36,376 bases of DNA, taken from assembly GCA_964615825.1 (NCBI GenBank), contig CAZTQP010000003.1:1-36376 (forward strand), written 5' to 3'. This DNA comes from an uncultured Gammaproteobacteria bacterium. GTDB lineage: Bacteria > Patescibacteriota > Patescibacteriia > 2-12-FULL-60-25. Below the pieces are notes generated by a model that worked only from the letters and a program-made list of their open reading frames with translations, was not told where the DNA came from and ran no database searches. A program made the position numbers and the translations under genes. Shown one piece after another: positions 33,589-36,376 of the stretch (the first letter of the stretch is position 1; each line of letters starts with the position of its first letter).

Positions 33589-34212
33589 ATGTTGCGTCTC
33601 ACCGACGTTATCCAACCTAAGCCGGATGAGCACGTCCAGGCCGTCTTTCGTCGTCATCGTGGTCTGCTCCTTCCGCCTTTAGTATTAGCGACACTCCTCA
33701 TCGCTGTACCCTTCTTTTTGCTTTTTTCGCTCACGCGCCAAGGAACGGGCGGGATCATCGCGTTTTCATTATTGTTAGCAACTGGGATCGTAATCGCCTT
33801 ACGCACCCTGTACGCCTGGGATGCCAACGCCCTCATACTCACAAGCAAACGTGTTATTCGCGTGACGCAAAATGGTCTCTGGAATCGCGTCGTCCAAGAA
33901 GTCTCACTCACCTCTATTCATGAATTAGTCTGTGAATCAAAAGGGATCTTGGAAACCCTTTTTCGTGTCGGAACGCTACGCGTGCGCGCAGCCGGTGCCG
34001 TGGGAGAAATTACCATCGCGAGAATTCCATCCCCCGAGCGCGCGCGAGCACACATTGAATCTCTGCGCCAACCTATCGCTGACGGAAAAGTGACCCACGT
34101 TTCTACAGAAAAACCTCAAGATCTGCGTGCGGAGGTGCATGCTCTCGTGGATAAAGCTCAAGCATCGACGTTAGAAACGGTCAAAGCCCTTTTAGAGAAG
34201 CGTCTCCTGTAA
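33589..34212 (+). CDS. Membrane protein with a bacterial PH domain (bPH_2 / YdbS-YdbT-like)
   Basis: Start chosen at ATG 33589; the track start 33538 overlaps murE. It has two TM helices, then ALILTSKRVIRVTQNGLWNRVVQEVSLTSIHEL...GTLRVRAAG. Confidence 0.65.
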   Translation: MLRLTDVIQPKPDEHVQAVFRRHRGLLLPPLVLATLLIAVPFFLLFSLTRQGTGGIIAFSLLLATGIVIALRTLYAWDANALILTSKRVIRVTQNGLWNRVVQEVSLTSIHELVCESKGILETLFRVGTLRVRAAGAVGEITIARIPSPERARAHIESLRQPIADGKVTHVSTEKPQDLRAEVHALVDKAQASTLETVKALLEKRLL

Positions 34213-34214
34213 GT

Positions 34215-34628
34215 ATGCCTCGTGAACGAACTCTTGGAATGAACCCTTACACCCGCTGGTCGTTTATATTTGCGGCTGGTGCCGTTGTATTGGTCCTTTT
34301 AGGTATTTCTAGCGCCCGTGAAACCTATCAAGGGTGGAAAGTAGAAAAGGAGATTCAAGGGTTACAGGCTCAAGTAGAGGCGCTGGAAGGTCGTAAGTTG
34401 CATTTAACAGAGTTGTTAAACCAATTGCATTCGCCGGATGCCCTCGATAAAGAAGCGCGACTACGTCTAGGTCTGCAGAAGCCAGGGGAACAGGTATTTG
34501 TCCTAGGCCAAGCTGCTAACGCACGGACTCTAACAGCTCCTTCATTTGCCAGCTCGTCTGACTCGCAGGAGGAGGTCGTTTCCAATCCTCGTAAATGGTT
34601 GCGTTACTTTTTTCATCCCGATTCCTAA
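34215..34628 (+). CDS. Septum formation initiator (FtsB/DivIC-like)
   Basis: A single N-terminal TM helix, a coiled coil EIQGLQAQVEALEGRKLHLTELL, then the conserved tail LDKEARLRLGLQKPGEQVFVL. Confidence 0.7.
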   Translation: MPRERTLGMNPYTRWSFIFAAGAVVLVLLGISSARETYQGWKVEKEIQGLQAQVEALEGRKLHLTELLNQLHSPDALDKEARLRLGLQKPGEQVFVLGQAANARTLTAPSFASSSDSQEEVVSNPRKWLRYFFHPDS

Positions 34629-34634
34629 TATATT

Positions 34635-35261
34635 ATGCGTCTATCTTTTAAGCCTTGGGTGCTCATCGTGGTAACGGTCGTATTATTTGGAGTGCTAGCG
34701 GGTCTAGGGGCGCTCGCGAATGTCCTCTATTGGCATCCGCAAGATCGCCCTTGGGTCAGGTCGTTTATTTCGCATACACCTGTTCCTGCTGCACGTGTGG
34801 GCGGCAGCTTTGTGCCTTATAAAGAGTACCTTATTCAACAGGATGCGGCTCAAACCTTTCTTACCGCCGAAGCCGCAAGCCAAGCCGCCATTCCAGAGGG
34901 CCAAGTTTTACCTACGAGCTTAGATACACAGGCCAAGCAACTCATCCTCGACCAGCTCATCCGCGCTGCCGCTGTCAAACAACTGGCGGAAGCCACCGAT
35001 CTTCGCCTCACGGATGAAGACGTCACACGAGCCTTTGATGAGCTGATCGCCCGCGCCGGCACCTCAACGAATCCAGGAGAGATTGATGCCTATCTAAGAA
35101 CCACCTTCGGTTGGACGCGCCAAGAATTCAGCCAACGTGTGGTTCGTCCTGCGACCCTTGAGACGGCGGTAAGGCAAGAAGTGTATAAAGATGATGACGC
35201 GGCGTTTCAAGCAGCTCTCAGCGAGAAAACAAAGAATGCGGTTGTGTATATACGTTTATAA
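34635..35261 (+). CDS. Membrane-anchored SurA-N-terminal-like chaperone domain protein (no PPIase domain seen)
   Basis: An N-terminal TM helix, then PAARVGGSFVPYKEYL and helical repeats (LILDQLIRAAAVKQLAE). The assignment is tentative. Confidence 0.4.
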   Translation: MRLSFKPWVLIVVTVVLFGVLAGLGALANVLYWHPQDRPWVRSFISHTPVPAARVGGSFVPYKEYLIQQDAAQTFLTAEAASQAAIPEGQVLPTSLDTQAKQLILDQLIRAAAVKQLAEATDLRLTDEDVTRAFDELIARAGTSTNPGEIDAYLRTTFGWTRQEFSQRVVRPATLETAVRQEVYKDDDAAFQAALSEKTKNAVVYIRL

Positions 35262-35279
35262 TAATTTCTTAAAACAAAA

Positions 35280-35317
35280 CATCTCCTCAAACCCGTATAA
35301 ACAGGCTTGAGGAGATG
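35280..35317. terminator. Hairpin terminator between convergent genes, canonical for the minus-strand gene
   Basis: Perfect 11-bp stem CATCTCCTCAA (35280..35290) / TTGAGGAGATG (35307..35317) with a 16-nt loop. Read on the minus strand it is followed by TTTTGTTTT. On the plus strand no T-tract follows. Confidence 0.65.
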
Positions 35318-35355
35318 GGCGAAGGATTCGCCAAAAGGGGTATGAGTAAAGAGTG

Positions 35356-36144
35356 TTATGTTAGCTGAGCGAGACGCTTCTCTTCGAGTTCGTGAGCGAG
35401 TGTGTACGCTACTTTCAAGCGCTCACAGAGGTCATGACGGGCGCTCTGATAAGCTTCGCCTGCCACCATTATCGGATATTCGGCTTCATAGCGTGCGAGG
35501 GCTTCCTGTGCCTCCTTGAGTTCCCTCTCACGGGTAATATAAGTCGGGAGTTGTTCGCTTGAGCTCTTGATGAAAATCGCTACCGTGATCGACAGCATGC
35601 TGAAGAAGACGGTGATCGCGAGTTTTTCGCGCTCTTGCAGCGACTCCGCTCTTACGAGCGCGAAGTACGTTAGCAAGAGTACGATGAAGGTGCGCCGCCG
35701 TTTTCTCCTCCAGGGAGAGGAGAAGTGGTATTCCTCACCTTTTGCCCGGTCACCTCCATAGAAAACGCTGCTGAGCAGCGCGGCAAAGCCAAAGATGAAG
35801 TTGACTGCGAGAAGAGCGGGGTACGGCTCGCTGCCCAGCCACACGAAGGTGTAAAAACTCAGGAGCATATACAGCAGCGTGGAGGCTAGGCAGATCCCGA
35901 CGCTCCCGGGCTGCTTGAGGAGCGTATCCTCCGCCTTCCACACTTCCCTCAGGAGCTGGTGCGGATCGAGAAGGGTGAGAAGCATCCCCACATCCTCCTG
36001 AGGGTGGTTCTTGCCGAGCAGCTTCTTCACTCGGCTCTCGAGCCTGTTCTCTCCTTGTTGGGCGTCCTTACGGGCCCAGTAGGAGATGAGACAGCGGTAG
36101 AAGAAGAGCCTGAGGAACTCCAGAAACGCATTGAACGACTTCAT
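35356..36144 (-). CDS. Hypothetical membrane protein (about 4 TM segments, charged coiled-coil-like C-terminus), orphan
   Basis: The ORF track extends to TTG 36168; the first ATG is at 36144 (MKSFNAF...). Hydrophobic segments include ICLASTLLYMLLSFYTFVW, ALLAVNFIFGFAALLSSVF, TFIVLLLTYFAL and ITVFFSMLSITVAIFI. Hand-counted samples are about 55-57% GC. I recognise no family motif. Confidence 0.5.
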   Translation of the reverse strand: MKSFNAFLEFLRLFFYRCLISYWARKDAQQGENRLESRVKKLLGKNHPQEDVGMLLTLLDPHQLLREVWKAEDTLLKQPGSVGICLASTLLYMLLSFYTFVWLGSEPYPALLAVNFIFGFAALLSSVFYGGDRAKGEEYHFSSPWRRKRRRTFIVLLLTYFALVRAESLQEREKLAITVFFSMLSITVAIFIKSSSEQLPTYITRERELKEAQEALARYEAEYPIMVAGEAYQSARHDLCERLKVAYTLAHELEEKRLAQLT

Positions 36145-36319
36145 GATCGAGCTTCTCTCTGGTCTCAACCCATCCGCCTAAGGGTGAAACACGGTGATGC
36201 GGAGGTGCATGGCGGATCGAAAAGACTAGCGCATATTAGGATTTTTGTCCATATATGCGTCAGACGCGTGGAAAATGTTTCGTTCATATACAAAAAAGCC
36301 TTACATCAATATCAAAGAA

Positions 36320-36354
36320 ATAAAAAACACCTCGCGCGTGCGAAGTGTTTTTTT
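36320..36354 (-). terminator. Rho-independent terminator directly downstream of the tRNA 3' end
   Basis: The minus strand reads CCAc-AAAAAAA-CACTTCG-cacgcg-CGAGGTG-TTTTTTATTTC. The stem is about 9 bp with one mismatch and is flanked by A- and T-tracts. Confidence 0.55.
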
Positions 36355-36355
36355 G

Positions 36356-36376
36356 TGGAGCCAACTCCGGGAATCG
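36356..36376 (-). tRNA. 3' end of a tRNA gene (partial; the rest lies beyond the right edge), with encoded CCA
   Basis: The minus strand reads CGATT-CCCGG-AGTTGGC-T-CCA. That is the end of a T-loop (TTCGATT type), the 3' half of the T-stem, a 7-nt acceptor 3' strand, discriminator U and CCA. Identity cannot be determined because the anticodon is not in the window. Confidence 0.45.

Noticed and set aside
36169-36320. Imperfect hairpins (ATCCGCC/GGCGGAT around 36172..36219; CGCATAT/ATATGCG around 36231..36258) considered as att sites, a riboswitch or a small RNA
   Set aside because: The stems are short (7 bp) with long loops, they do not match the tRNA 3' end, and I recognise no conserved RNA motif. 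They most likely lie in the promoter/leader region of the minus-strand orphan gene. There is not enough evidence for a feature call.
1-36376. Alternative genetic code (for example UGA recoding)
   Set aside because: All family-recognisable genes read through uninterrupted with the standard bacterial code and end at normal stops (TAA, TAG and TGA all seen). Nothing calls for recoding.

Overview
This is a 36.4-kb, gene-dense bacterial window that reads cleanly with the standard genetic code. Most of it (3271..31585, plus a truncated MBOAT gene at the left edge) is one large cell-surface glycan biosynthesis supercluster. The cluster holds a Wzx-type flippase, an initiating polyprenyl-phosphate sugar-phosphate transferase, GT4 and GT2 glycosyltransferases, and a GT-C (ArnT/PMT-like) enzyme. 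It also holds GtrA- and DUF2304-like small membrane proteins, an MBOAT + SGNH O-acylation pair, two methyltransferases, UDP-sugar dehydrogenase/epimerase/decarboxylase genes and an S8 protease. Two parts of the cluster are unusual. The first is a non-canonical sugar-activation module: a PMI-like cupin, a nucleotidyltransferase-kinase fusion, a KdsC-like phosphatase, a GatZ/KbaZ-like protein, a second nucleotidyltransferase and a C-methyltransferase-like protein. The second is an ATP-citrate-lyase-like trio (SucC-like, SucD-like, stand-alone citryl-CoA-lyase-like) transcribed divergently from the MBOAT/SGNH pair. The right end carries envelope and division genes (CDP-alcohol phosphatidyltransferase, MurE-like ligase, PH-domain membrane protein, FtsB-like, SurA-N-like), an orphan membrane protein and the 3' end of a tRNA. 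At the left end, two high-GC genes (about 60% and 70% GC in hand-counted samples, against about 47% in a sampled native gene) sit as self-contained cassettes. They have promoter, Shine-Dalgarno and terminator signals that the native genes lack, which suggests horizontal acquisition. One of them encodes a 40-Cys repeat lipoprotein. I saw no CRISPR array, rRNA, transposase or integrase. All functional calls come from motif recognition by eye, and none has been verified by a database search.
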